DNA from: an uncultured Planctomycetales bacterium
GTDB taxonomy: Bacteria > Omnitrophota > Gorgyraeia > Gygaellales > Profunditerraquicolaceae
Direction of reading: 5' to 3'
Assembly: GCA_964487475.1 (NCBI GenBank)
Contig: CAZAPM010000010.1
Span: 3,005-67,004 of the forward strand
Length of the DNA: 64,000 bases
A model generated the notes under the pieces. That model saw only the letters and a list, made by a program, of their open reading frames with translations. It did not search any database and was not told where the DNA came from. Of the stretch, positions 27,748 through 36,992 are shown one piece after another. The translations under genes were made by a program, and so were the position numbers. Every line of letters starts with the position of its first letter. Position 1 is the first letter of the stretch.

Positions 27748-28863
27748 ATGGAATTCGATCTGCTTTCTCTGGTGTTTATGATTACCCAGGCGGTCACTGC
27801 CGTGATCGCCATAGTGTGGCTGCTTCTGCATGGCCGCCGCCAGTCCGATCAATCAAAGGTAAGCCAGCTGCAGGAGGCGCTTGCGGCCAAGGAAGCGGAG
27901 CTCGCGTGTCTTCTCAGTAATCAGGAGAAGTCCCGTCAGGAGGCATGCCGCCGCGCTTCGTTGCAGCCACAGGCACCGTCGCAACCTTTGCCAAAACGGT
28001 CTGCGGTCCCTGACGTTCCTGACGGAGGGAAGGATAAAAAGATCGGGGAGATACTTCTGGAGCATCATTTCATCGTTAAGGACATCCTGGACAGGGCGCT
28101 GGAGCATCAAGTGCAGCACGGAGGAACGATCACGCAGTATCTGCTTGCCTACGGGTATATCGATGAAAGCCAGTTGGCCAAGTGCCTTTGCTCCCAGTTT
28201 AAGATACCGTACCTGCCCCTTTCTTCATGCGATATCCCGGAGCGGGTGATAAAACTCCTTCCGGTCGATATCGCGGAAAAATACCTGGCCATACCCGTGG
28301 ACCAGGCCGGGGATTCATTGATGGTGGTGATGGCCGATCCTTTGGACCCCAAAGCGCTGGCTACGATAAAGAAGGTGACCGGGTGTACGTTAAAGCCTTT
28401 TGTGGGAATACTTTCCGAGATAGTGGGAGCCCTGGAGACGTATTATCATGTGAATATCCGCGGCGCAGCCTCATCCAAGAGCGCATATCCTTTCGTAGTC
28501 GAGTCTCCTAACTTCCGGGGTATCGAGCGTCGGGAGGCGATACGCTTCAAGTGCGAGATGGATGTGCAGGTCCCGATAAAAGGTATCTATCAGAGCCAGA
28601 AGACTAAGGACATCAGCCGCGACGGATTTTGCTTCGAATCTGATTGCGCGCCACCCATGGGGTCGATCCTTACCATGGAAGTGTATCTGCCGAAAGAATT
28701 TAGCTCACTTCCCATCAGGGCGCTGGTGCAGGTGGTGCGTATCCTGGAACGGGGAGAACACCGATATGAGATAGGCGTTAAGACCGTGGAGATCGCAAAG
28801 CATGACCTGGCGGCCATCATTAATTACGCTTCCAGCAAGATGTTGGGAGAAAAAAAGGGATAA
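27748..28863 (+). CDS. membrane-anchored MshEN-domain plus PilZ-domain protein (putative c-di-GMP receptor)
   Basis: N-terminal TM. MshEN motif KIGEILLEHHFIVKDILDRALEHQ plus a second GspE-N-like repeat. C-terminal PilZ motifs RREAIR (RxxxR) and DISRDG (DxSxxG). Confidence 0.7.
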   Translation: MEFDLLSLVFMITQAVTAVIAIVWLLLHGRRQSDQSKVSQLQEALAAKEAELACLLSNQEKSRQEACRRASLQPQAPSQPLPKRSAVPDVPDGGKDKKIGEILLEHHFIVKDILDRALEHQVQHGGTITQYLLAYGYIDESQLAKCLCSQFKIPYLPLSSCDIPERVIKLLPVDIAEKYLAIPVDQAGDSLMVVMADPLDPKALATIKKVTGCTLKPFVGILSEIVGALETYYHVNIRGAASSKSAYPFVVESPNFRGIERREAIRFKCEMDVQVPIKGIYQSQKTKDISRDGFCFESDCAPPMGSILTMEVYLPKEFSSLPIRALVQVVRILERGEHRYEIGVKTVEIAKHDLAAIINYASSKMLGEKKG

Positions 28864-28874
28864 TATTTATGGCT

Positions 28875-28910
28875 TGACACTGTAAGTTTTTGATGGTATT
28901 ATACTTGCGA
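28875..28910 (+). promoter_or_regulatory. sigma70-like promoter (TTGACA-17-TATTAT)
   Basis: ggcTTGACActgtaagtttttgatggTATTATac upstream of the HU-like gene. Confidence 0.55.
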
Positions 28911-28950
28911 GTAATAAGGTTGCTGTTGAGGTACTACGAGGGGGTGCCTG

Positions 28951-29223
28951 ATGACCAAGAAAGACATAATCCTGAAAGTAGCTGACGAAACCAACTTAAA
29001 ACAGATAGACGTAAAACGCGTGGTGCAGCGTACGTTTGACTGTATCGTCGAGGCCTTGCAGCGCGGCGAGAAGATCGAGTTGCGTAACTTCGGCGTTTTC
29101 AAGATCAAACAGAGAAAAAGCCGCACCGGGCGTAATCCCCGTACCGGCCAGGTCGTTCCCGTCCCTCCTCGGAAAGTCGTCGTTTTCAAGCCGGGCTTGG
29201 AGATGAAGCAGGACGTGAAATAA
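28951..29223 (+). CDS. HU/IHF-family DNA-binding protein
   Basis: 90 aa. RNFGVFKIKQRKSRTGRNPRTGQVV arm region typical of HU/IHF. Confidence 0.85.
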   Translation: MTKKDIILKVADETNLKQIDVKRVVQRTFDCIVEALQRGEKIELRNFGVFKIKQRKSRTGRNPRTGQVVPVPPRKVVVFKPGLEMKQDVK

Positions 29224-29279
29224 CCCTCTTTCTTCCCCTATAGTCGGGGTCAGAGTTATTTTTCCCATCGTTATCCCGT

Positions 29280-30533
29280 ATGTTTAAAAGGATCCCCGGT
29301 ACAAAAGATATCCTTCCGGAAGAAGCATACCGCTGGCAGGAACTGGAACGTGTCAGCCGCCGTATTTTCTCCCTCTATAATTATCAGGAGATCAGACTTC
29401 CCCTGATCGAGGATGCGGTGCTTTTCAACCGCTCTCTCGGCGATTTTGCGGAAGTGGTCCAGAAGCAGATGTTTATTATTCGCAACAAAGAGGATGTGTA
29501 TGCCCTCAGGCCCGAGGGGACCGCCTCCGTAGTGCGCGCGTATATCGAGAATTCCCTGGATAAGACCAGGGGGTTCATGAAATTATTCTATCTGGGGCCG
29601 ATGTTCAGGCTGGAGCGCCCGCAAAAGGGAAGGATGCGCCAGTTCCATCATATCGGGTGCGAGACCATCGGCGCTGCCGGACCGCAGATCGATATCGAGG
29701 TGATCTCACTTGCCCACAGGCTGCTGGAAGCGTTCGGGATCTCCGGGCACATCCTCAAGCTTAATACGCTGGGCTGCTCCGATGATAAGATGAAACTCTC
29801 CGGAGTGGTGCGGGAGAAGCTTTCCTCCCGCGTGACGGAGCTTTGCGAAGAGTGCCGGGAGAGGCTCGAGCATAATGTCCTAAGGATACTGGACTGCAAG
29901 CAGGAAGGGTGCAGGCAGGTGGTCAAGTCTCTGGGTATGGAGGCGGCTCACGTCTGCCCGGAGTGCGCCGCGCATTTTGCCGCGGTGAAACAGGGTCTGA
30001 CGGACCTGCGCGTGCCTTTTGAGATCGCGCCGCATCTGGTGCGCGGCCTGGATTATTATACCCGCACCGTCTTCGAATTCACCCACGGTAACTTAGGCGC
30101 CCAGGATGCCATCGGCGCCGGGGGAAGGTATGACAAGCTGGTGGAGGAGCTCGGCGGCCCGCAGGCCGGCTGCGTCGGTTTTGCCTTCGGTGTCGAGCGC
30201 CTCTTGCTCGCGTTAGGGGATGCGTCTTCGCCGCAGGCTCCGTCGGGGCTGGTCTATGTGATCCCCCTGGGGGAGGCCGCGCAGTCTTTCTGCAGGACCC
30301 TGGTCTCGGACCTGCGTCAGGCGGATATCCCCTGCGATACCGATTATCTCAATAAGTCCCTCAAGGGCGCCATGCGCCAGGCGAACGATGCCCTGGCGCG
30401 TTTCTGCGTGCTGGTAGGGGATAACGAACTGGCAAAATCCACGGTGACCCTCAAGGATATGTCTTCCAAGGAGCAGGAGGAAGTGGCGGTCTCCTCGCTG
30501 ATCCCTTTGTTAAAGGACCGCTTGTCGAAATGA
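29280..30533 (+). CDS. hisS: histidine--tRNA ligase
   Basis: Class II aaRS motifs. RGLDYYTRTVFEF and GGRYD are characteristic of HisRS. 417 aa. Confidence 0.88.
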   Translation: MFKRIPGTKDILPEEAYRWQELERVSRRIFSLYNYQEIRLPLIEDAVLFNRSLGDFAEVVQKQMFIIRNKEDVYALRPEGTASVVRAYIENSLDKTRGFMKLFYLGPMFRLERPQKGRMRQFHHIGCETIGAAGPQIDIEVISLAHRLLEAFGISGHILKLNTLGCSDDKMKLSGVVREKLSSRVTELCEECRERLEHNVLRILDCKQEGCRQVVKSLGMEAAHVCPECAAHFAAVKQGLTDLRVPFEIAPHLVRGLDYYTRTVFEFTHGNLGAQDAIGAGGRYDKLVEELGGPQAGCVGFAFGVERLLLALGDASSPQAPSGLVYVIPLGEAAQSFCRTLVSDLRQADIPCDTDYLNKSLKGAMRQANDALARFCVLVGDNELAKSTVTLKDMSSKEQEEVAVSSLIPLLKDRLSK

Positions 30534-30563
30534 CGTGGTGTTAAGAAAGGATCGTGCAGGAAT

Positions 30564-31952
30564 ATGTACCGTACGCATACATGCGGGCAGCTGAACGCCG
30601 CAGATAAATCAAAGGAAGTGGTGTTGAGCGGATGGGTCGCTTCCCGCCGCGACCACGGCAAACTTATCTTCATCGACGTCCGCGACCGGACCGGTTTGAC
30701 CCAGGTGGTGTTCCTGCCTAAGGACGCCCCGGAAGCGCACAAGCTCGCGCAGGATCTGCGCAGCGAGTTCGTGATCACGGTCAAAGGGATCGTCAATTCC
30801 CGTCCCGCGAACACCGTCAATCCGAAACTTCCCACCGGAGAGATCGAAGTGCTGGCCAAAGAGCTGGTGATCCTGAATACCAGCCTGACCCCGCCTTTCG
30901 AGATCCAGGATGAGATCGACATCACGGAAGAAGTGCGGATGAAATACCGGTATCTCGACCTGCGCCGGTCCAAGATGTTCTCGAACCTCAAGGCGCGCAG
31001 CCGGCTTTATTCCATCGCCAGGAGCTGCCTGGACGCGCAGGGGTTCATCGAGTGCGAGACGCCTATCCTGACTAAGTCCACTCCCGAAGGCGCCCGCGAT
31101 TACCTGGTCCCCTCGAGAGTGAATCCGGGGAATTTTTTCGCCCTGCCGCAGTCCCCGCAGCTTTTCAAGCAGATCCTGATGGTCTCGGGGTTCGAGAAGT
31201 ATTATCAGATCGCGAAGTGTTTCCGCGACGAGGACCTGCGCGCCGACCGCCAGCCGGAGTTCACCCAGCTGGACCTGGAGATGTCCTTTGTCTCCGAGGA
31301 GGATATCTTCTCCCTGATCGAAGGGATGATGCAGCGGATCTTCAAGGAGATCAAGGGGATCGACCTGGAACTTCCTTTCCCCAGGATCAGTTACCGCGAG
31401 GCGCAGGAGAAGTATCATTCCGACAAGCCCGATCTGCGCCAGGAGCAGGGGAAAGAGTACGCCTTCACCTGGGTGACGGAGTTCCCTCTTTTCAAGTATA
31501 ACGACGAGGAGAAGCGTTGGGATTCCGAGCACCATCCCTTTACCTCGCCCCGCCAGGAGGACTTACCCCTGATGGACAGCGCGCCGGATAAGATGCTTTC
31601 CCGGGCGTATGACCTGGTGTTGAACGGGATGGAGTTAGGCTCCGGATCGATCAGGATCCATGACCAGAAGCTCCAGGAGAAGGTGTTCAAGCTCCTGGGG
31701 ATAGAGGAGGAAGAGGCGCGCAAGCGTTTCGGGTTCCTGCTGGAAGCGTTCCAGTACGGGGCGCCTCCGCACGGAGGTTTTGCGTTCGGTATCGACAGAT
31801 TGATGACCCTCCTGACCGGGGAAGCGAGCATCCGGGAAGTGATACTGTTCCCGAAGACCAGCGCGGCGGTGTGCCCGCTGACCAGCGCGCCTTCCGCAGT
31901 GGCGGAGCGTCAGTTGAAGGAATTGGGGATCCAGATCGCCAAGAAAACCTGA
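30564..31952 (+). CDS. aspS: aspartate--tRNA ligase, bacterial-type core lacking the GAD insertion domain
   Basis: FFALPQSPQLFKQILMVSGFEKYYQIAKCFRDEDLRADRQPEFTQLDLEMSF, SDKPDLR, GFAFGIDRL. Only about 10 aa lie between SDKPDLR and the FPLF block, where E. coli AspRS has about 130. Confidence 0.8.
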   Translation: MYRTHTCGQLNAADKSKEVVLSGWVASRRDHGKLIFIDVRDRTGLTQVVFLPKDAPEAHKLAQDLRSEFVITVKGIVNSRPANTVNPKLPTGEIEVLAKELVILNTSLTPPFEIQDEIDITEEVRMKYRYLDLRRSKMFSNLKARSRLYSIARSCLDAQGFIECETPILTKSTPEGARDYLVPSRVNPGNFFALPQSPQLFKQILMVSGFEKYYQIAKCFRDEDLRADRQPEFTQLDLEMSFVSEEDIFSLIEGMMQRIFKEIKGIDLELPFPRISYREAQEKYHSDKPDLRQEQGKEYAFTWVTEFPLFKYNDEEKRWDSEHHPFTSPRQEDLPLMDSAPDKMLSRAYDLVLNGMELGSGSIRIHDQKLQEKVFKLLGIEEEEARKRFGFLLEAFQYGAPPHGGFAFGIDRLMTLLTGEASIREVILFPKTSAAVCPLTSAPSAVAERQLKELGIQIAKKT

Positions 31953-31956
31953 GTTT

Positions 31957-32502
31957 TTGGAGGAGATGATGACGAATAGAATTCTTTGTGCGGCGGCAGT
32001 GGCGGCAGTGGCGTTGACCTCGTCGGGATGCGTGGTGCGTACCTACCAGGTGGCCAGGGACAGGGTGGACCAGGACCTGGAAGTTGGCAACCGGGGATAC
32101 CTCCACGGCGCGGTGCCGGCGACGTTCGGGGAGCAGGAACGCAAGTCGACCCGGGCGACCAGGACGGTGGAGATAGAGCTGCGCAATCCTCTCCGTTTCG
32201 AGCGGCGCGCAGGGCCTAAGGCCGCGGCGGTGCAGGACGATTTCCCGGTGCAGGAGGAAGCCATGTTCGTGGAGGATGATCCCGGGCAGGTCCCCGCCGG
32301 AGTGACCATGCAGCCGTATACCGTGCAGAAGAACGATACTTTGCAGAAGATCTCCCAGAAGTTTTACGGCACGACCAAGAAGTGGATGCGCATCTTCGAG
32401 GCCAACAAGGGCGCGTTGAGCGCTCCGGACAAGATCTATCCCGGCCAGGTGATCCAGGTGCCGGTGGACAACGTCGCGGGCAACGACCCGAAACTGAAGT
32501 AA
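31957..32502 (+). CDS. lipoprotein with C-terminal LysM domain
   Basis: Lipobox LTSSGC. LysM: YTVQKNDTLQKISQKFYGTTKKWMRIFEAN...IYPGQVIQVP. Confidence 0.7.
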   Translation: MEEMMTNRILCAAAVAAVALTSSGCVVRTYQVARDRVDQDLEVGNRGYLHGAVPATFGEQERKSTRATRTVEIELRNPLRFERRAGPKAAAVQDDFPVQEEAMFVEDDPGQVPAGVTMQPYTVQKNDTLQKISQKFYGTTKKWMRIFEANKGALSAPDKIYPGQVIQVPVDNVAGNDPKLK

Positions 32503-32512
32503 GTCTGACCTT

Positions 32513-33475
32513 ATGGATACGTCGATCCGCCTGGAAAGCGTCCAGGAAGCGCAGTTGATATTCGGGCCGGCCGATGAGCATATGCAGCTTATCGAGCAGG
32601 AGTTCAAGGTCCGGGTGACGGTGCGCGGGGAGCATTTGAAGGTCAGCGGATTGGCCAGCAACATCAAAAAAGCCTCCCAGGTGATCGAGCATATCTTGGG
32701 ATCGGTGCGGCAGGAGGGGGCTTCCCTTTCCAAGGCGGATATCCTCTACCTGGTCAATAATTACAAGAAGGGGACGGCGCAGCAGCAGCTGACGGATGAT
32801 TTCAAGGTGCTTTCCCCGTCCGGGAGGCACACCGCGGCGATCGGGCCGAAGACCCGGGGTCAGCGGGAGTATGTCGAAGCGATCAAGGCGCATGACATCG
32901 TCTTCGGCATCGGGCCTGCGGGCACCGGAAAGACCTATCTGGCCATGGCCTGCGCGGTCGAGGCGCTCAAGAAGCAGGAGGTGCGCCGCATCATCCTGAC
33001 CCGTCCGGCCATCGAGGCCAGGGGAGAGTCCCTGGGGTTTTTGCCCGGGGATATGTACGAGAAGATCTCCCCGTACCTGCGGCCGCTCTATGACGCCCTC
33101 TACGATATGATGGAGGCGGAGCGCATTGAAAAGTATCTCGAAACCGGTATAATAGAGGTAGCGCCGCTGGCATATATGCGGGGGCGTACTTTGAACGAGG
33201 CGTTCATCATCCTGGACGAAGCCCAGAACTGTACCGCGGAGCAGATGAAGATGTTCCTGACCCGCCTGGGGTTCGATTCCAAGGCGGTGATCACCGGGGA
33301 CCTGACGCAAAGCGACCTGCCGGATGCCAGGCCTTCCGGCCTGATGCAGGCCACGTCGATCCTGAAGGATATCCCCGGGATCAAGTTCAACTTTTTCACC
33401 GGGGCGGATGTGGTGCGGCATCATCTGGTGCAGCGCATCATCGAGGCGTATGATACAGCCTTTCCTAAAAAATAA
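32513..33475 (+). CDS. phoH: PhoH-family ATPase
   Basis: GPAGTGKTYLAMA Walker A. PhoH-like throughout. Conserved phoH-7TMHD-ybeY context. Confidence 0.88.
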   Translation: MDTSIRLESVQEAQLIFGPADEHMQLIEQEFKVRVTVRGEHLKVSGLASNIKKASQVIEHILGSVRQEGASLSKADILYLVNNYKKGTAQQQLTDDFKVLSPSGRHTAAIGPKTRGQREYVEAIKAHDIVFGIGPAGTGKTYLAMACAVEALKKQEVRRIILTRPAIEARGESLGFLPGDMYEKISPYLRPLYDALYDMMEAERIEKYLETGIIEVAPLAYMRGRTLNEAFIILDEAQNCTAEQMKMFLTRLGFDSKAVITGDLTQSDLPDARPSGLMQATSILKDIPGIKFNFFTGADVVRHHLVQRIIEAYDTAFPKK

Positions 33476-34781
33476 CTGGCGTTTCCTGCTGGGATCCTGC
33501 AGCGCGTTCGCGGTGTCGCTGCTGATCGGGTTTAATCTGGCCATCCCGCTTTTCGTGACGGTGCTTAGCGTGTATCTGCGCTGCCGGGGAGCGCATGCTC
33601 CCGTCAAACGGCACTCCCTGCTGTATCTGATCTTCCTCTTTTCCCTGATCATGGCCATCGCCACGTATATGTACGTGCACCATGACCTGTCGGTGTACTG
33701 GATCCCCCTGGCCGTGGTCCCGATGCTCTGTACGATCCTTTTTCTGGATGTGGGGATCGCGCTGCTCCTTTCCCTGGTCACGACCGTCGCGGTCGCGGCC
33801 ATGGCGGGCAACGATTTCCGCTTTTTCCTGGTGGCTTTGACCGGAGGGATCAGTTCGATCTTTTTTGTCCGGCAGGTGCGCCGGCGTATGGCGGTCATCC
33901 GCGCCGGGCTGGTGGTCGGGGCGGTGCAGGCGCTCTCCCTGTATTTTCTGACCGGCTACGACCTTTCGATAACCGCGGTGTACGGCGGGCTGATCGCCAA
34001 CGGCCTGGTGTGCAGTTTCATCGTGCTGGCGGTGCTGCCTATTTTCGAGACCCTTTTTGCGACGGTGACCAATATCAGCCTGCTGGAGCTGGCTGATTTC
34101 GACCATCCGCTCCTGCAGCGGCTGATGCAGGACGCCCCGGGTACCTATCATCACAGCCTGATCGTGGGCAATCTCGCGGAAGCCGCCTCGTCTGCGGTAG
34201 GCGCCCACGCGCTCCTCGCGCGCATCGGTTCCTATTACCATGACGTGGGCAAACTTGCCAAGCCGGGGTATTTCAGCGAGAACTTAGGCATCAATCCCAG
34301 CAAGCACGACGTCTTGTCGCCGACCATGAGCAAGATGGTGATCATGAACCACGTCAAGGAGGGGGTGGAACTGGCGCGCAAGCATCACTTGAGCGAGCGC
34401 CTTATCGATTTCATCCAGCGCCATCACGGGTCGAGTCTGGTGTATTATTTCTACCGGCGGGCGCTGGAGGATTCCATCGAGGATGCCCAGGTGAAGGAGG
34501 ATGTATTCCGTTATCCCGGCCCCAAGCCCCATACGAAAGAGACGGCGATCGTGCTGCTGGCGGATTCCGTGGAAGCTGCCACCCGCACCCTGAAGGACCC
34601 CACCCCCGCCAAGATCGAGGAACTGGTGCATAAGATCATCAATAATAAGTTCATCGACGGGCAGCTGGACGAGTGCGACCTTACCCTTAAGGACCTGGAA
34701 AAGATCGCGGCCGTGTTCATCCATGTGTTAAGCGGGATCTATCACAGCCGGATCATCTATCCCGACACCCCGAAAAGTTGA
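33450..34781 (+). CDS. 7TM-receptor HD-domain phosphohydrolase (PgpH/YqfF-like)
   Basis: Seven TM segments followed by HD domain (HSLIVGNLAE...YHDVGKL). ATG at 33450 overlaps the phoH end. Confidence 0.8.
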   Translation: MIQPFLKNNWRFLLGSCSAFAVSLLIGFNLAIPLFVTVLSVYLRCRGAHAPVKRHSLLYLIFLFSLIMAIATYMYVHHDLSVYWIPLAVVPMLCTILFLDVGIALLLSLVTTVAVAAMAGNDFRFFLVALTGGISSIFFVRQVRRRMAVIRAGLVVGAVQALSLYFLTGYDLSITAVYGGLIANGLVCSFIVLAVLPIFETLFATVTNISLLELADFDHPLLQRLMQDAPGTYHHSLIVGNLAEAASSAVGAHALLARIGSYYHDVGKLAKPGYFSENLGINPSKHDVLSPTMSKMVIMNHVKEGVELARKHHLSERLIDFIQRHHGSSLVYYFYRRALEDSIEDAQVKEDVFRYPGPKPHTKETAIVLLADSVEAATRTLKDPTPAKIEELVHKIINNKFIDGQLDECDLTLKDLEKIAAVFIHVLSGIYHSRIIYPDTPKS

Positions 34782-35248
34782 GAGCCCCGACGCATACACG
34801 TTCGCCGCAGGTGGTTTCTTTGAGCAAAGTCCCTTCCCGCGCGCGGCTGCCTTACGGCGCGATGGGAAACGCGGAGCGGACGGTGCGCGCGGCGCTGGCG
34901 GCGCATCGCGTGAGTGCTTTCCGGATCAATGTATGCCTGGCGGATGACGCGACGATCGGGAAGGTGCATGCCCGGCATATGCGCGACCCTTCTCCCACGG
35001 ATGTCATCTCTTTTCTTATTTCTTCGGGCGGGAGGGTCCTGGAGGGGGAAGTGATCGTTTCCTACGAGACCGCCTGCCGGCAGGCAAAGGAGTACGGCAC
35101 CTCGGCGCTGTTTGAACTGCTGTTGTATGTCGCGCACGGCACATTACATCTTCTGGGGATGGATGACCGCACGCCGTCGGAGCGTCTGCGCATGAACGCT
35201 GCGGCGTCGAGGATCGTCAGAAAAGTAATTATGGGTAAGATTAAGTAA
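34778..35248 (+). CDS. ybeY: endoribonuclease YbeY
   Basis: HGTLHLLGMDD zinc-binding H-x3-H-x5-H motif. Follows phoH/7TM-HD as usual. Exact start uncertain. Confidence 0.8.
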   Translation: MRAPTHTRSPQVVSLSKVPSRARLPYGAMGNAERTVRAALAAHRVSAFRINVCLADDATIGKVHARHMRDPSPTDVISFLISSGGRVLEGEVIVSYETACRQAKEYGTSALFELLLYVAHGTLHLLGMDDRTPSERLRMNAAASRIVRKVIMGKIK

Positions 35249-35299
35249 TAATTTATTATAAAAAGTAATATTAATTAAAACTAGGTAAATTAGAGTAAA

Positions 35300-36049
35300 A
35301 TGGCGATACTCAAGGCAGATACGATCATCCTGAAACGCCAGGATTTCCGTGAGACCTCCCTGATCGTTACTTTCTTTTCCCGGGAGCACGGCAAGATGCA
35401 GGGGCTGCTCAAAGGCGTGCGCAAGGACCCCCGCAAATTCGCCAGTACCATCGAGATCTATTCGCGCAACGAGATCGTCTTCTACCGTTCCCGGACCTCC
35501 ACGCTGCATCTGGTCAGCCACTGCGATTCCAAGGATTACTATCCGGGGATCAGGGCGGATATGTCCAAGGCCGGGACGGCCGGGGTGATGGCGGAGCTGG
35601 TGCACGCGGTGATGGCGCAGGAGGACCGCAACGAAGAGGTGTTCGACCTGCTGGTGATGGCGCTTAAAGAGCTGGAGACCGCGCCGAACCCGGAGAAGCT
35701 GCTGACGCTGTTCAAGATCAAGGTGCTCACCCTTTCCGGGTACGAGCCGCATTTCGATTCCTGCCTTTCCTGCGGAGTGCGCATCACCGGGGATACGAAA
35801 TTCTCCCTGGCGCGGGGCGGGCTGCTTTGTCCGCGCTGCCTGGCCAGGGATACCAGCGCCCGGAGCGTGTTCAAGGGGACGGTGGCCTCCATGCTGTACG
35901 TGCAGCGCAACGAGTTCAGGAATGCGCTCACCCTGGGGCTTAATCCCGAGATCAAGCGCGAGCTTAACCTGATCATCAACGGGTTCATCAATTTCCATCT
36001 GGAAAAGGATCTTAAGTCGCAGCGTGTGGCAACGGCGCTAGGAGGGTAG
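35300..36049 (+). CDS. recO: DNA repair protein RecO
   Basis: N-terminal OB-fold region and C-terminal Cys4 zinc finger (CLSCG...CPRC). 249 aa. AT-rich promoter region upstream. Confidence 0.8.
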   Translation: MAILKADTIILKRQDFRETSLIVTFFSREHGKMQGLLKGVRKDPRKFASTIEIYSRNEIVFYRSRTSTLHLVSHCDSKDYYPGIRADMSKAGTAGVMAELVHAVMAQEDRNEEVFDLLVMALKELETAPNPEKLLTLFKIKVLTLSGYEPHFDSCLSCGVRITGDTKFSLARGGLLCPRCLARDTSARSVFKGTVASMLYVQRNEFRNALTLGLNPEIKRELNLIINGFINFHLEKDLKSQRVATALGG

Positions 36050-36053
36050 TACT

Positions 36054-36992
36054 ATGAAGATCGCGGTGATCGGCCCGGGTGCGATGGGAAGCCTTTTTTC
36101 TGCGGCGTTCGCCAGAGGCGGGAAGCACGAGGTCTGGCTTCTGGATAAACGCAGGGACCGCGCCGCGGCCCTGGCCAAAAGCGGAGTGAGCGTCGAGGGT
36201 GTCTCCGGCCAGTGGGAAGCGAAGATGAAGGTGACCGCCGATCCCCGGGAGATCGGGCCGGCGGATATGGTCATGGTGTGCGTGAAATCCTATGATACCA
36301 AGGAGGCGGTTGCCTCGGCCAAGCCTTTGCTCGGTCCGGCGACCAGCATCCTTACGCTGCAAAACGGTTTGGGCAATATCGAGACGATCGCGGAGACCGC
36401 GGGGATGGACCGGGTGATCGCGGGGGTGACCAATGACGGCGCGACCCTGATCCGGACGGGGCAGGTGCGCCATGCCGGGAAGGGCGAGACCGTGATCGGC
36501 CGCATCGACGGCAAGATGCCGGTGGAGATGCGCGCGATCCGCGAGGCGTTCAACAAGGCCGGCTTTCAGACCAGGGTGAGCCAGGATATCAAGGGGCTGA
36601 TCTGGTCGAAACTGGTGATCAATACCGGGATCAACGCGCTGACCGCGCTGACGCGGCTTCCCAACGGGAAGCTTCCCGAACATGAGGGCACGCGCGCCAT
36701 CCTCCGTCAGGCGGTGACCGAAGCGGTCAAGGTCGCCAAGCGCAAGCGGGTGAAGCTGCAGTATGACGATCCGCTGGCGAAGGTGGAGGCGGTGTGCGAG
36801 GCGACCGCCGGCAACATCTCATCCATGCTGCAGGACGTGTTGCGGGGGAAACGCACGGAGATCGAATACATCAACGGCGCGATCGTGCGCCAGGCGCAGG
36901 AACTTTCCATCCCCGCGCCGGTCAATACGCTGCTTCTGGAACTGATCAAGACCATCGAATCGAGCTATCCCGACGCCGTATCCGCGTTATGA
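36054..36992 (+). CDS. panE: 2-dehydropantoate 2-reductase
   Basis: MKIAVIGPGAMGSLF Rossmann N-terminus. ApbA/PanE-like length and C-terminal domain. Confidence 0.75.
   Translation: MKIAVIGPGAMGSLFSAAFARGGKHEVWLLDKRRDRAAALAKSGVSVEGVSGQWEAKMKVTADPREIGPADMVMVCVKSYDTKEAVASAKPLLGPATSILTLQNGLGNIETIAETAGMDRVIAGVTNDGATLIRTGQVRHAGKGETVIGRIDGKMPVEMRAIREAFNKAGFQTRVSQDIKGLIWSKLVINTGINALTALTRLPNGKLPEHEGTRAILRQAVTEAVKVAKRKRVKLQYDDPLAKVEAVCEATAGNISSMLQDVLRGKRTEIEYINGAIVRQAQELSIPAPVNTLLLELIKTIESSYPDAVSAL

Noticed and set aside
30609-31535. 308-aa minus-strand ORF antisense to aspS
   Set aside because: aspS on + is unambiguous. The minus frame is an L/G/D/R-rich antisense artefact.
32216-33898. 560-aa minus-strand ORF across lysM/phoH/7TM-HD
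   Set aside because: Antisense to three supported genes. Arg/Pro-rich. No start signals.
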